This document shows, in pieces, positions 18,410 to 28,362 of a stretch of DNA of 64,000 nt. Under the pieces are notes generated by a model, which worked only from the letters and a program-made list of their open reading frames with translations, did no database searches and had not been told where the DNA came from. A program made the translations under genes and the position numbers. Within the stretch, counting starts at the first letter, position 1. Every line of letters begins with the position of its first letter. The DNA comes from Leptolyngbyaceae cyanobacterium (GTDB lineage: Bacteria > Cyanobacteriota > Cyanobacteriia > Phormidesmidales > Phormidesmidaceae). The stretch covers positions 704,001-768,000 of the forward strand of contig CBDHHL010000032.1 of NCBI GenBank assembly GCA_965263355.1, written 5' to 3'.

Positions 18410-19954
18410 ATGCGCTGGTTCAACACCGCAGGCCCCTGCCGCCCCAAATATAACTACATGTTGCCGCCGCTAGAGCGACTCCCCAAGGTGCAGCGCATTA
18501 TCAACCAGCAAGGCTACTTCGTCATCCACGCCCCCCGCCAGGTCGGCAAAACCACCGCCATGCTCACCCTGGCCCAGCAGCTCACCGCCAGCGGAGAATA
18601 TACCGCCATCCTACTATCTGTCGAAGTCGGAGCCCCACTTCCCAATGACCTGATTGCTGCCCAGCAAACCATCCTCAAATCCTGGCAAGACGCCATTCGT
18701 GCCTGGTTGCCCCCTGAACTCCATCCCGATTGGTCTGACCTATCTGCCGATAGCCTTCTGAGCACAGCCCTTCAAACCTGGGCAGAATCATCCCCCCGCC
18801 CACTAGTCGTCTTTATAGACGAAATCGACTCCTTACAAGGCGATACCCTACTCAGTATTTTGCGCCAACTGCGAGATGGAGCCTCCCGTCGCCCCAACCA
18901 TTTTCCCCATGCCCTTGCCCTAATTGGCCTGCGGGATGTCCGCGATTATAAAATCGCCTCTGGTGGTAGTGATCGACTCAACACTGCCAGCCCATTTAAT
19001 ATCAAAGTCGCCTCTCTAACTGTTCGTAACTTCACCCAGGCTGAAGTCGCACAACTCTATCAGCAACATACCGACGACACTGGCCAGCAGTTTACCCCAG
19101 ACGCCATTGATCGCGTTTTCGAACTCACCCAAGGCCAACCCTGGCTAATCAATGCCATTGCCAAAGAAATTGTAGAAGAACTTGCCGAAGATCCGGCTAT
19201 AACCATTGATGTAGAACTGATAGATACGGCAAAAGAGATTCTTATTAAGCGCCGCGATACCCACATTGATAGCCTTGCCGAGCGCCTCACGGAACAGCGG
19301 GTGCGAGCCATCATCGAACCAATGTTGTTGGGTCAGCCCCTGGGAAATGTCCCCAACGATGATGTCGAATTTCTGCTCGACCTGGGGGTGTGCCACATTG
19401 ATACTACTGGCAACCTGGCCATTGCTAACCCTATCTATCGAGAGATTTTACCTCGCTTCCTCACCTTTACCACCGAAATCTCCCTCGGTGTGATAACCCC
19501 AAGCTGGTTAACCAATACCGGAAAATTAGACACTGTTGCCCTGCTAGATTCATTTATAACGTTCTGGCGACGCAACGGTCAGCCCTTACTTCAGGGGGTT
19601 GCATACCGAGAGATTGCCCCCCATATTGTGATGATGGCCTTTTTACATCGTGTTGTTAATGGCGGTGGCACACTGGAACGAGAGTATGCCATTGGCTCTG
19701 GTCGCATGGACTTATGCCTGCGCGACGGAGACGTTACCCTGGCGATTGAACTTAAAGTCTGGCGGCAAGGACAGGCTAACCCACTGGAACGTGGTCTGGA
19801 ACAACTGGACCAATATCTAAGCGGTTTGGGGTTAGACAGCGGCTGGCTAGTCATTTTCGACCAGCGTGATAATCAGCCCCCGATGGCAGAGCGAACTAAA
19901 GTTGAGCAAGCTACAACGCATGCAAATCGTTCAGTCACCGTCATTTATGGATAA
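18410..19954 (+). CDS. AAA ATPase with C-terminal PD-(D/E)XK nuclease-like domain
   Basis: FNTAGPC start, Walker A APRQVGKT, Walker B VVFIDEID, SPFNI; C-terminal REYAIGSGRMDL...IELK...QLDQYL. Confidence 0.85.
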   Translation: MRWFNTAGPCRPKYNYMLPPLERLPKVQRIINQQGYFVIHAPRQVGKTTAMLTLAQQLTASGEYTAILLSVEVGAPLPNDLIAAQQTILKSWQDAIRAWLPPELHPDWSDLSADSLLSTALQTWAESSPRPLVVFIDEIDSLQGDTLLSILRQLRDGASRRPNHFPHALALIGLRDVRDYKIASGGSDRLNTASPFNIKVASLTVRNFTQAEVAQLYQQHTDDTGQQFTPDAIDRVFELTQGQPWLINAIAKEIVEELAEDPAITIDVELIDTAKEILIKRRDTHIDSLAERLTEQRVRAIIEPMLLGQPLGNVPNDDVEFLLDLGVCHIDTTGNLAIANPIYREILPRFLTFTTEISLGVITPSWLTNTGKLDTVALLDSFITFWRRNGQPLLQGVAYREIAPHIVMMAFLHRVVNGGGTLEREYAIGSGRMDLCLRDGDVTLAIELKVWRQGQANPLERGLEQLDQYLSGLGLDSGWLVIFDQRDNQPPMAERTKVEQATTHANRSVTVIYG

Positions 19955-20077
19955 ACGCAAAGCCCGTAGAATGCATCACGACGTATAATCAACTCCGACA
20001 TCTCCCACCAGAGCAATACATCACAACAAAATCCACAGAATTATCAACCCAGAGTAGTTCATCTTTCCATAAAATTT

Positions 20078-20108
20078 GGTGCGTTACGCTTTGCTTACGG
20101 CACCCTAC
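20078..20108 (-). repeat. REP-like palindromic element overlapping the ABC ATPase stop codon
   Basis: Minus strand GTAG-GGTGC-CGTAAGCAAAGCGTAAC-GCACC: a GTAG tetranucleotide followed by an imperfect hairpin. Confidence 0.5.
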
Positions 20109-20893
20109 AGAATCTGGGATAGGAACTTCTGGGAGCGCTCCTCTTGAGGGTTATTAAAGAACTCATCCGGTGTATTCTCTTCCACCAGCACCCCCGCATC
20201 CATTAGCACCACCCGATCAGCCACCTCACGGGCAAAACCCACCTCGTGAGTTACACATACCATAGTCATACCTGTATCTGCCAGACCTCGCATTACATCA
20301 AGCACCTCCCGCACCATTTCAGGGTCAAGCGCAGACGTAGGCTCATCAAATAGCATGATTTTGGGCTGCATCGCCAAGGATCGGGCAATAGCCACCCGCT
20401 GCTGCTGACCACCAGACAGCTGCCCCGGAAACTTATTCGCCTGCTCCAAAATGCCCACCCGCTCTAACAGCTGCATCGCAATTTCTTCCGCTTCCCGCTT
20501 TTTTTGCTTGCGCACCCAAATCGGAGCCAGCGTCACATTCTGCAATACCGTCAGATGAGGGAACAAATTAAACTGCTGGAACACCATACCCACTTCACGA
20601 CGAATTTCTTCGATATTCTTCAGGTCGTGGGAAATCTCGATACCATCAATGACAATGCTGCCCTTTTGATAAGGCTCCAGAGCATTAAACGTACGGATAA
20701 AGGTGGACTTACCAGAACCCGAAGGCCCCATCACCACCACCACTTCACCTTTAAACACATCCAGGCTCACACCCTTGAGCACATTAAAGCCATTGTCATA
20801 CCACTTCTCGACATCAGTGGCCACAATTACGGCCTCACTACCGACGGAGCCGCCGTTGGAATGATTGGTCACAGACATATCCACTTGAGTCAT
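20105..20893 (-). CDS. Polar amino acid ABC transporter ATP-binding subunit (AapP/BgtA-like)
   Basis: [39 protein letters not shown]. Confidence 0.95.
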   Translation of the reverse strand: MTQVDMSVTNHSNGGSVGSEAVIVATDVEKWYDNGFNVLKGVSLDVFKGEVVVVMGPSGSGKSTFIRTFNALEPYQKGSIVIDGIEISHDLKNIEEIRREVGMVFQQFNLFPHLTVLQNVTLAPIWVRKQKKREAEEIAMQLLERVGILEQANKFPGQLSGGQQQRVAIARSLAMQPKIMLFDEPTSALDPEMVREVLDVMRGLADTGMTMVCVTHEVGFAREVADRVVLMDAGVLVEENTPDEFFNNPQEERSQKFLSQIL

Positions 20894-21038
20894 CGTTCAG
20901 GTTCCTAATGGTGGGGCAACACCCCAGAACTATTTTGGCATTTGTAACCCGTAGCGCTGTTATAGACGACACGGGATTTAACATCGAACTAAAGGATTAG
21001 TAGGTAAATAAATTATCAACGTGAAGTATTTTGTAGAA

Positions 21039-21106
21039 CCTCCTCCCCTTACGTTGGCGAAGCCTATCTGAAAGACGTAGGGGAGAGGTGCCGTAGGCGA
21101 AGAGGG
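21039..21106. repeat. GC-rich inverted-repeat element between the permease and ATPase genes
   Basis: CTCCCCTTACGT...ACGTAGGGGAG stem; resembles CCCCTCTCC/GGAGAGGGG-type small dispersed repeats of filamentous cyanobacteria. Confidence 0.45.
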
Positions 21107-22702
21107 CTAACGTCCAGTATGTAGCGCCCGCTCAATCCGGCGACTGCCTAAGGACATGGCATAGCAGAAGAACCAGTAGAGCATGGCAATAAAGAGATAT
21201 ACCTCGGCATAATCTCCTAAATATTTGGGGTTGGCCAAGATACTGTTACTAATACCCAACAGCTCTACTAGACCGACAATCCCTAACAGAGTGGTGTCTT
21301 GGAAGAGACTAATAAACTGACCCACAATGGCTGGAATCGCAATTTTTAGTGCCTGGGGCAATACGATTAAAGACAACGTCAGGGGATTATTCAGACCTAA
21401 AGAGGCCGCTGCTTCCACCTGCCCACGCGGGATGGCCTGTAAACCAGCTCGCACATTCTCCGCGAGATAAGCCGAACTAAATAGGGTAAGGCCCACAATA
21501 GCCCGGACAATATTGTCGGGGCGCACCCCTTCCGGCAGAAATAATGGGATCATCACCTGCCCCATAAACAAAATCGAAATCAACGGCACACCGCGAATTA
21601 ACTCGATATAGGCAACGGACAATCCTTTGATAATGGGCAAATTGCTACGTCGTCCCAGGGCCATAAGTATGCCAATGGGAAAACATAGGGCAATACCGGT
21701 AATGGCTAAAAACAACGTCAGGGTTAAACCGCCCCAGTTATTGGTACCAATGGGCTCAAACCCAAAGAAACCACCAATAACATCCAAACCAGCACTAATG
21801 ACAAAACACCCTAGACCAAACAGAAGAGCGGCCATCACAAATGTGGTTAAGGTCCGACGCTCTGCCAGGATTGGCACTAGCAACGACACAAAAGCTATGT
21901 ACGTGACCACTGTGACAATCTTGAGCAGCAACGGCACATTCAAAAACCCGTACACGGGCAAGAACAGCGCTACGCTACCCGCAAACCAGAGCACCCGCAT
22001 CGCCCAAATGCCAATAATATTTTGACTCACCCCATCAATAATTGAAGAATTGGCCAACAGATTGAGTACAGTGGACGCTAGCCAAATGCTTGCTGCAATG
22101 GTGAGCACGATAAACAACAAACTGTTGCGAATATCTCCCCCCGCCAAAATCAGCAACGAAATGGAATAAATAAAAAACCAACCGGCTGCTAGAAATTGAC
22201 TGAGGTTGAGCTTACGCTGACCCAGGGTCTTACCGCCCCAGGCACAGGCCAACGCCAGTATCACTAAACCAATTAAGGTAATGGCCGATGGCCGCGTCAG
22301 GGGAAAAATGATCAGCCCCGCACAGATAATGGCCACTGCAATTAAAATATTGCGACCAAATAGGGTGGCTTGATTTCGTGCTAATAGCCCCCAGGTAAAG
22401 CCACCCATGGCTACATTGACGCCTAGAATGGCCCAAATCCGTGAATAGATCTCCGAGGGATACAGCCCTGACATAAACAGCGCCAGGTTATTGGGAATAA
22501 CGGCCCACTCGGCCACACGAAAGGCCCAATTCAACATGCCCCAAACGGCGAGCAACATGATGCCAGCCAGAATGACTGTCAGCAACCCGTTATACCAGGT
22601 ATTAAATAGATGCTTTCGCAACCAGGCAACTGGCCCTGACTGGGCAATGGGTGGAGGACTGGCTTCGACTACTAAAGGTGAATTAGGTGATGTCGTTGTC
22701 AT
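21107..22702 (-). CDS. natH: Amino acid ABC transporter permease (NatH/AapM-like)
   Basis: WLRKHLFNTWYN, WGGLTLTL, YIELIRGVPLI, EAA loop AENVRAGLQAIPRGQVEAA, FQDTTL. Confidence 0.8.
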   Translation of the reverse strand: MTTTSPNSPLVVEASPPPIAQSGPVAWLRKHLFNTWYNGLLTVILAGIMLLAVWGMLNWAFRVAEWAVIPNNLALFMSGLYPSEIYSRIWAILGVNVAMGGFTWGLLARNQATLFGRNILIAVAIICAGLIIFPLTRPSAITLIGLVILALACAWGGKTLGQRKLNLSQFLAAGWFFIYSISLLILAGGDIRNSLLFIVLTIAASIWLASTVLNLLANSSIIDGVSQNIIGIWAMRVLWFAGSVALFLPVYGFLNVPLLLKIVTVVTYIAFVSLLVPILAERRTLTTFVMAALLFGLGCFVISAGLDVIGGFFGFEPIGTNNWGGLTLTLFLAITGIALCFPIGILMALGRRSNLPIIKGLSVAYIELIRGVPLISILFMGQVMIPLFLPEGVRPDNIVRAIVGLTLFSSAYLAENVRAGLQAIPRGQVEAAASLGLNNPLTLSLIVLPQALKIAIPAIVGQFISLFQDTTLLGIVGLVELLGISNSILANPKYLGDYAEVYLFIAMLYWFFCYAMSLGSRRIERALHTGR

Positions 22703-22707
22703 CGCCC

Positions 22708-24156
22708 CTACCGCTCCTTAAACTGCACAGCATTGTTGAGTTGGTTCATGTTGACTGAAATCAGCAGGTTGATGATTAAATAGGTAGCCATCATCAACAG
22801 AAAGACTTCCACCGGTCGGCCTGTTTGGTTAAACGTGGTATTGGCTACAGAGTAGAGGTCAGGATAACCAATGGCCAGGGCCAGACTGGAGTTCTTGGCC
22901 AGGTTAGCAAATTCACTATTGAGCGGCGGGATAATTACTCGCAAGGCTTGGGGAAAGACCACCATCCGCATGGCCAGACCAGAGGACAACCCTAGGGAAC
23001 GAGCGGCTTCCCACTGCCCTTGGGATACGGATTGAATGCCAGCCCGGACAATCTCGGCAATAAAGGCCCCGGTGTAGAAGGTGAGACCACAGACAATGGC
23101 TGAGTATTCTAATGAGAGCTTGAGACCACCGGTTACCCCACCGGTAAAGGTGCCGTCATCTTTCATGGCAACAACAGGCCCTTGCCAACCGAGGGCAAAT
23201 AGGAAGATGGCCACACCGAAGAGGAGGAGGAGTGCGATCGCACCCAACTGCAACTGCCCCGACTGCCCTTGCTCCACAATCACCTTTGTACGCCAGCGAG
23301 CCAACAGCACCAACGGAATGATCATCACTAGCAACACCAACACCCACAGCCCTTGGGAACTGGATAGAAAAGACGGTAAGGCACCCTTAAAATACACGCC
23401 CTTGCCTGAATTCCAATTCAAGAGTAAGAAAAACTCAGCCACCAACAACACCGGCAGCAAAATCAGGCTCAACCCATAGTTAAGCAGTGACCCAAGCCCT
23501 CCTCGATAACCACCATAGCGCACCACATTCACTGACCGAATAAATAAGCCAGCCAAGAGTAACGATACCGCCAACAAAATTAACCCGGTCCAGGTGGACA
23601 CATCAAATGAAGGGCCTAGCATGTAAACGCCCTTTTTGCTCACCACCAGCCAACTCGTATCCGTATTTGGAAACACAAACGGACTTTTTGGAGCAGGAAA
23701 GCTAAAGAAAACCGCCAAGTACCAGAAAAACAACTGCAGCAAGAGCGGTACGTTGCGCACCAGACCAACATAGGCCCGACTAATTTTGTAGAGCAGCCAA
23801 TTATCCGAGAAACTAGCCACCCCAGCCGTAATGCCAACTGTAGTTGCCAAAATCACACCTACAATCATCACTCGCAGAGAGTTGATGATACCCACCTGAA
23901 TCACCTTAGTGTAGGTATCTTGCGCCTTATAGTCCAAAAGGCTTTCACCAATCCCAAATCCGGCTGAATTCTTGAGAAAACCAAACCCAAACTTGATACC
24001 TCTACCCAGCATATTGTCGTTAAGTGTGGCCGAGAAATGCCAGAGCAAATCCACCACAAACAACACAATCAATGCCTGGAAAGCTATCTTCCAAAATCGT
24101 TCGTCACGGAGTAGGGATTGAATACCAGAAATTGGACTACTACTTCGACTAGCCAT
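22708..24156 (-). CDS. natG: Amino acid ABC transporter permease (NatG/AapQ-like)
   Basis: RNVPLLLQLFFWY, AFIAEIVRAGIQSVSQGQWEAA, KNSSLALAIGYPD, NQTG. Confidence 0.8.
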   Translation of the reverse strand: MASRSSSPISGIQSLLRDERFWKIAFQALIVLFVVDLLWHFSATLNDNMLGRGIKFGFGFLKNSAGFGIGESLLDYKAQDTYTKVIQVGIINSLRVMIVGVILATTVGITAGVASFSDNWLLYKISRAYVGLVRNVPLLLQLFFWYLAVFFSFPAPKSPFVFPNTDTSWLVVSKKGVYMLGPSFDVSTWTGLILLAVSLLLAGLFIRSVNVVRYGGYRGGLGSLLNYGLSLILLPVLLVAEFFLLLNWNSGKGVYFKGALPSFLSSSQGLWVLVLLVMIIPLVLLARWRTKVIVEQGQSGQLQLGAIALLLLFGVAIFLFALGWQGPVVAMKDDGTFTGGVTGGLKLSLEYSAIVCGLTFYTGAFIAEIVRAGIQSVSQGQWEAARSLGLSSGLAMRMVVFPQALRVIIPPLNSEFANLAKNSSLALAIGYPDLYSVANTTFNQTGRPVEVFLLMMATYLIINLLISVNMNQLNNAVQFKER

Positions 24157-24330
24157 AGCAAACAGATATCAAGACACCTAGCAAAGGGAAATCATGGCAA
24201 CCATCATAAAGTTGCGATGATAGGAGATTCTAGTCTTTTTCGCCCAAGCGATTAAAACTGTTAGTAAACGTAATGTAATTCCCTGGGACTTGCAGTGCGA
24301 TGCACTACCGTCGGCCATGTATTTCTCAAT

Positions 24331-24362
24331 AAAAATAGGGGCCTAAACCAGACCCCTAAAAA
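24331..24362 (-). terminator. Hairpin/terminator after the substrate-binding protein gene
   Basis: Minus strand TAGGGGTC-TGGTTTA-GGCCCCTA followed by TTTTT. Confidence 0.6.
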
Positions 24363-24415
24363 GCAATTCAATGGTACCGAAACGCCATTACTTGCTCAAT
24401 CACTTAACCAATGAC

Positions 24416-25510
24416 TTAACGGAAAGGAGGTGCATACATTAGGCCACCCTCAGTCCATAGGGCATTTTGCCCACGATCCAATTCAAACTGAGACTCTTTA
24501 CCCAAGTTGCGCTCAAAGACCTCACCGTAGTTACCTACATGCTTAATGGCACGCAACATAAAGTCGTTGGGCAGTCCCATATCAGTACCGAGAGTACCTT
24601 CAGCACCGACAAAGCGTAGGATATTGGGATCTTCGCTACTAGTAGCTGCTTCAATGGTGCCAGACGTCAAGCCAAACTCTTCAGCTTGAATTAGACCGTA
24701 GGTTACCCACTTCACAGTATCAAACCAAGCGGAGTCATTGTTGATAGTCACAGGGCCCAAAGGCTCCTTAGACATAGTTACTTCCAAGAGAATGTGAGCA
24801 CCAGGTTCGCTTAAGGTGCTACGACGAGCAATTAGCTGAGACTTGTCAGAGGTCATTCCCTCACAACGACCCTCTTCATAAGCCTGATAAGCTGCATCCG
24901 CATCCTGGAAGACTACGGGCTCAAAGCTAACGCCACGCTGACGGAACTGGTCAGTCAAGTTCAGCTCAGTAGTGGTCCCAGTTTCAACACAAATAGATAG
25001 GCCTTCCATATCTTCCAGCGTTTCAACACCGCTGTCAGCACGCACCATCATGCCCTGGCCATCAAAGAATGTGGTAGGTGCAAACTCCATACCTACAGAC
25101 GTGTCACGGCTAATGGTCCAAGTAGTGTTACGGGAGAGCATATCCACCTCACCACCTTTGAGTGCCTCAAAGCGTTCAGTGGAATCTAAACGGCGATACT
25201 CAACTGCGTCAGGATCATCAAATAAAGCAGCTGCTACAGCCTTACAGACATCTACGTCTAGACCAGAGTAAGTACCGCTCTCGTCAACAAAGCTAAATCC
25301 AGGAATACCACCGTCAACACCGCAGTTTAGGGTGCCACGACTAAGAACAGTTTCCAAACGACTACCGCCGCCAACGGCACTAGCCACTGTATCGACGGCA
25401 TCACCAGCCGCATCAGTAGCCGTATCAACAGCTTCTTGAGCACCACCGCAGGCTGCTAATGGTAAAGCAACAGCGAGAAACACCGCTAATGAAAGACCCC
25501 TTTTTGCCAT
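24416..25510 (-). CDS. natF: Amino acid ABC transporter substrate-binding lipoprotein (NatF/AapJ-like); start set at ATG 25510
   Basis: Lipobox LAAC, GLDVDVCKAVAAA, LSRNTTWT, SKEPLGP, VGNYGEVFERNLG, GGLMYAPPFR. Confidence 0.88.
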   Translation of the reverse strand: MAKRGLSLAVFLAVALPLAACGGAQEAVDTATDAAGDAVDTVASAVGGGSRLETVLSRGTLNCGVDGGIPGFSFVDESGTYSGLDVDVCKAVAAALFDDPDAVEYRRLDSTERFEALKGGEVDMLSRNTTWTISRDTSVGMEFAPTTFFDGQGMMVRADSGVETLEDMEGLSICVETGTTTELNLTDQFRQRGVSFEPVVFQDADAAYQAYEEGRCEGMTSDKSQLIARRSTLSEPGAHILLEVTMSKEPLGPVTINNDSAWFDTVKWVTYGLIQAEEFGLTSGTIEAATSSEDPNILRFVGAEGTLGTDMGLPNDFMLRAIKHVGNYGEVFERNLGKESQFELDRGQNALWTEGGLMYAPPFR

Positions 25511-25767
25511 AGTTACCTCACACACTCCATTAAGACAGATCAAACCGGACTAATCTAATCAGCCATTGCCTCTAACCAAGAACCAAAGCCATGCTTAGAA
25601 TTTAAAGCATGGAATTTGAAACTACGGCAGAATAGGCTGCACATCCTAGGCTGGGATTTATGCATTCTAAGACGATATGTTATCGCCTACCAGAAATTAA
25701 TACGTATAATACGCGGCAGTTAGTATAAGAATATGTGGTCTATAGGGACTGATTTTATTGAGACAGC

Positions 25768-25792
25768 AAGTGATTTGTATCACAAATCACTT
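25768..25792. promoter_or_regulatory. Palindromic operator upstream of natF (NtcA- or CRP-like)
   Basis: AAGTGATTTGT-ATC-ACAAATCACTT; contains GTA-N8-CAC (25777-25790) and AGTGA-N6-TCACA. Confidence 0.5.
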
Positions 25793-25963
25793 TTTAGTAA
25801 CTTGAGTAAATCTTAAGACTTGCCTGACGTACCTTACTTAGCTCTATTAAAACCATAGAAATCACGCCGAAACACCACTCACTGTCTTACCCAAACTTTT
25901 GAGCGTGACAAAACTATCGTTGTGGAGGCCCTAGTGCAGCGTCAATGCTAAAAATACGGACCA

Positions 25964-26236
25964 CTAGTCTTGCTGAGCAATGTCGCGAATCAATAGAATT
26001 TTAGAATAGATGTAGTGATTGACCTGAGTCAGTTCGACCGTATCAAGCGGAGATTGATCACTAAGCTGCTCTACTAGCCAATTGGCTAATCCCTGATCGT
26101 CTAGGCTGAGGATATGGTTGCTATGGGCAGCATCAATCACGGACCACAGTTGACGAAGCAGAAAAGGAGACATGTAATTTAATATTTTTTTAACATTCTC
26201 GATTCCATTATCACTGTTACGTGTCAGGGTAGACAT
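25964..26236 (-). CDS. Small cyanobacterial hypothetical protein; start possibly at the internal MSPFLLRQLW
   Basis: LLRQLWSVI...LSLDDQGLANWL...YIYSKILLIRDIA pattern, recalled from small cyanobacterial proteins of unknown function. Confidence 0.65.
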   Translation of the reverse strand: MSTLTRNSDNGIENVKKILNYMSPFLLRQLWSVIDAAHSNHILSLDDQGLANWLVEQLSDQSPLDTVELTQVNHYIYSKILLIRDIAQQD

Positions 26237-26295
26237 TTAATTTTTGACAAGTTTTCTCACGTGTATCATGGCTTTTCTCAGAATAGGTCCCTGTA

Positions 26296-27504
26296 ATGCG
26301 GCTGCTTTGTATTAGTAACGGGCACGGAGAAGATTTGATCGCTAGCAGAATTTTGCAAGCGCTGCAGGCGCTATTGCCCCATTTACAGATCGCAGCTCTC
26401 CCCATTGTGGGGGAGGGACGACAGTACCAAAAATTAGGGATTGAAATTATTTGCCCAACCAAGCAAATGCCCTCTGGTGGCTTTATCTATATGGATAGCC
26501 AACAATTAGCTCGCGATTTAAGGGGAGGGCTATTGCAACTAACCATGGCTCAGCTGCGGGCCATGAGCCAATGGCTACAGGCAGATGATGTTGTGCTGGC
26601 AGTGGGGGATATTGTGCCACTGATCTTTGGTTGGCTCAGCCGCTGTGCCTATGGGTTTGTCGGTACAGCTAAATCTGAATACCATGTACGGGATGAACAG
26701 GGCCATTGTTTAGATCGGCCTACATGGTTGGATGTTTTGAATTTTCAGCGGACCTGTGTTTACATGCCCTGGGAACGTTGGTTAATGCAACGTAGCTGCT
26801 GTGTATTCCCTCGGGATGGCATAACAACTCAACATCTAAAACAGTGGGCAGTCAATGCCTATGATGCGGGTAATCCGATGATGGATGGGTTTGAGATCGC
26901 AGCCAGCCCAAAAGCCGTCAACCCACAAGGCCTGACCATCCTGTTATTGCCAGGCTCACGGGCACCGGAAGCCTATGAAAATTGGCAACGGTTACTCCAG
27001 GCGGCTAACAACATTACGCACCATCGCCCGGAAACGATGACCTTTTTGGTCGCTGCAGCCCCTAGCCTAGACTTAGCGCAGCTGGCCGATGCACTGACCG
27101 GCTCTGGTTGGCAACTGGTCGATAAGCACTATCAACGAGGTCAAGATAGCCTGTGCATCGATCAAGGGGCATTTGTAGACTATGTGCACCGAGCAAACGT
27201 TGCGATCGCAACCGCAGGCACTGCTACGGAGCAATTTGTTGGTTTAGGCAAACCTGTACTCACCCTGCCAGGCAATGGTCCTCAATTTACCCTCAGTTTT
27301 GCCCAAGCGCAGGCTCGCCACCTTGGTCCATCCGTCACCTTGGTGCAGCATCCCAATCAAATCCACCAAGCCCTCGCTGCGATCTTAAACGACCCAGCAC
27401 AGCAGGAGCTAATTTATCAGAATGGTCTCCATCGAATGGGACCGCCAGGAGCAGGACAACGTATTGCTGAAATTTTGATTGACACCCTATTGGCGACCCC
27501 GTAG
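26296..27504 (+). CDS. Lipid-A-disaccharide synthase-related glycosyltransferase-fold protein
   Basis: LCISNGHGED, MPSGGF, GTAKS, GNPMMD, LLPGSR, AGTATEQFVGLGKP, GPQFT. Confidence 0.85.
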   Translation: MRLLCISNGHGEDLIASRILQALQALLPHLQIAALPIVGEGRQYQKLGIEIICPTKQMPSGGFIYMDSQQLARDLRGGLLQLTMAQLRAMSQWLQADDVVLAVGDIVPLIFGWLSRCAYGFVGTAKSEYHVRDEQGHCLDRPTWLDVLNFQRTCVYMPWERWLMQRSCCVFPRDGITTQHLKQWAVNAYDAGNPMMDGFEIAASPKAVNPQGLTILLLPGSRAPEAYENWQRLLQAANNITHHRPETMTFLVAAAPSLDLAQLADALTGSGWQLVDKHYQRGQDSLCIDQGAFVDYVHRANVAIATAGTATEQFVGLGKPVLTLPGNGPQFTLSFAQAQARHLGPSVTLVQHPNQIHQALAAILNDPAQQELIYQNGLHRMGPPGAGQRIAEILIDTLLATP

Positions 27505-27533
27505 GGAAGCATCACACTAGGCCCCTACGGGGT
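27496..27533. terminator. Inverted repeat between convergent genes (terminator or REP-like)
   Basis: ACCCCGTAGGG ... CCCTACGGGGT, 11-bp arms. Confidence 0.55.
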
Positions 27534-27546
27534 ATATACTGCGTCC

Positions 27547-28074
27547 TTACGTTAAAACAACACTCGCCGCCTGAGCCTTCAAATACTCTGTATTCACGCC
27601 AGACTCACGGGTTAGGGCAATTTTGCCAGTCCTGGCAATCTCACGTACACCAAAGCGGTCTAGTACCTGGACAATTGCCACCATTTTACCTGGATCGCCT
27701 ACCACTTCTATGGTGAGGGAATCATCCGAAACATCCACCACCCTGGCCCGAAAAATTTGGGCAAAGTTGATAATCTCTGGTCGTGTGCTGCTGTTGGCAT
27801 TGACCTTAAGCAACATTAACTCGCGCTCAACACAGGGTTTTTCCGTAATGTCATTCACCTTGAGCACATTAATCAACTTGTAAAGCTGCTTTGTTAATTG
27901 TTCAATCACACTATCATCCCCCGGAACCACCATCGTGATGCGGGAAATACCTGTCTGTTCAGCAGGACCGACAGCAAGACTCTCGATATTAAATCCACGA
28001 CGAGCAAATAATCCGGCAATTCGGGTCAAAACGCCTGCTTCGTCTTCGACCAAAACAGAAAGGGTGTGTTTCAT
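27547..28074 (-). CDS. ilvN: Acetolactate synthase small (regulatory) subunit; start at ATG 28074
   Basis: [39 protein letters not shown] domain, [20 protein letters not shown]. Confidence 0.96.
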   Translation of the reverse strand: MKHTLSVLVEDEAGVLTRIAGLFARRGFNIESLAVGPAEQTGISRITMVVPGDDSVIEQLTKQLYKLINVLKVNDITEKPCVERELMLLKVNANSSTRPEIINFAQIFRARVVDVSDDSLTIEVVGDPGKMVAIVQVLDRFGVREIARTGKIALTRESGVNTEYLKAQAASVVLT

Positions 28075-28362
28075 GGGAGGAACAGTGATGGATGGCCCAT
28101 TAAATGATGGGTGGCTAATTATTTTATTCCAGAAGTCCAACTTCTGATCAATATTTTTGACGCAGTACACGTATCTACATCTCGTCTCCTGGTTTCTACA
28201 ATGCAAACAGTTCTATCTAGACGACGGGGGTGAGATAAACATCCCGAAATTGAGAACAGCCCGAGAAAGTTTTTATACAAGCAGACAGTTAAACAACGGG
28301 CTTTCCAACACAAAGCACAACACAAGCGTCGTTCATCCACTCCACCAGAAAATACGAATATC

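Noticed and set aside
20504..25271. Plus-strand ORFs antisense to the ABC transporter genes
   Set aside because: Shadow ORFs of strongly conserved minus-strand genes.
28075..28206. N-terminal extension of ilvN given by the ORF track
   Set aside because: Homology begins at MKHTLSV (ATG 28074), which has an upstream spacer typical of non-coding DNA.
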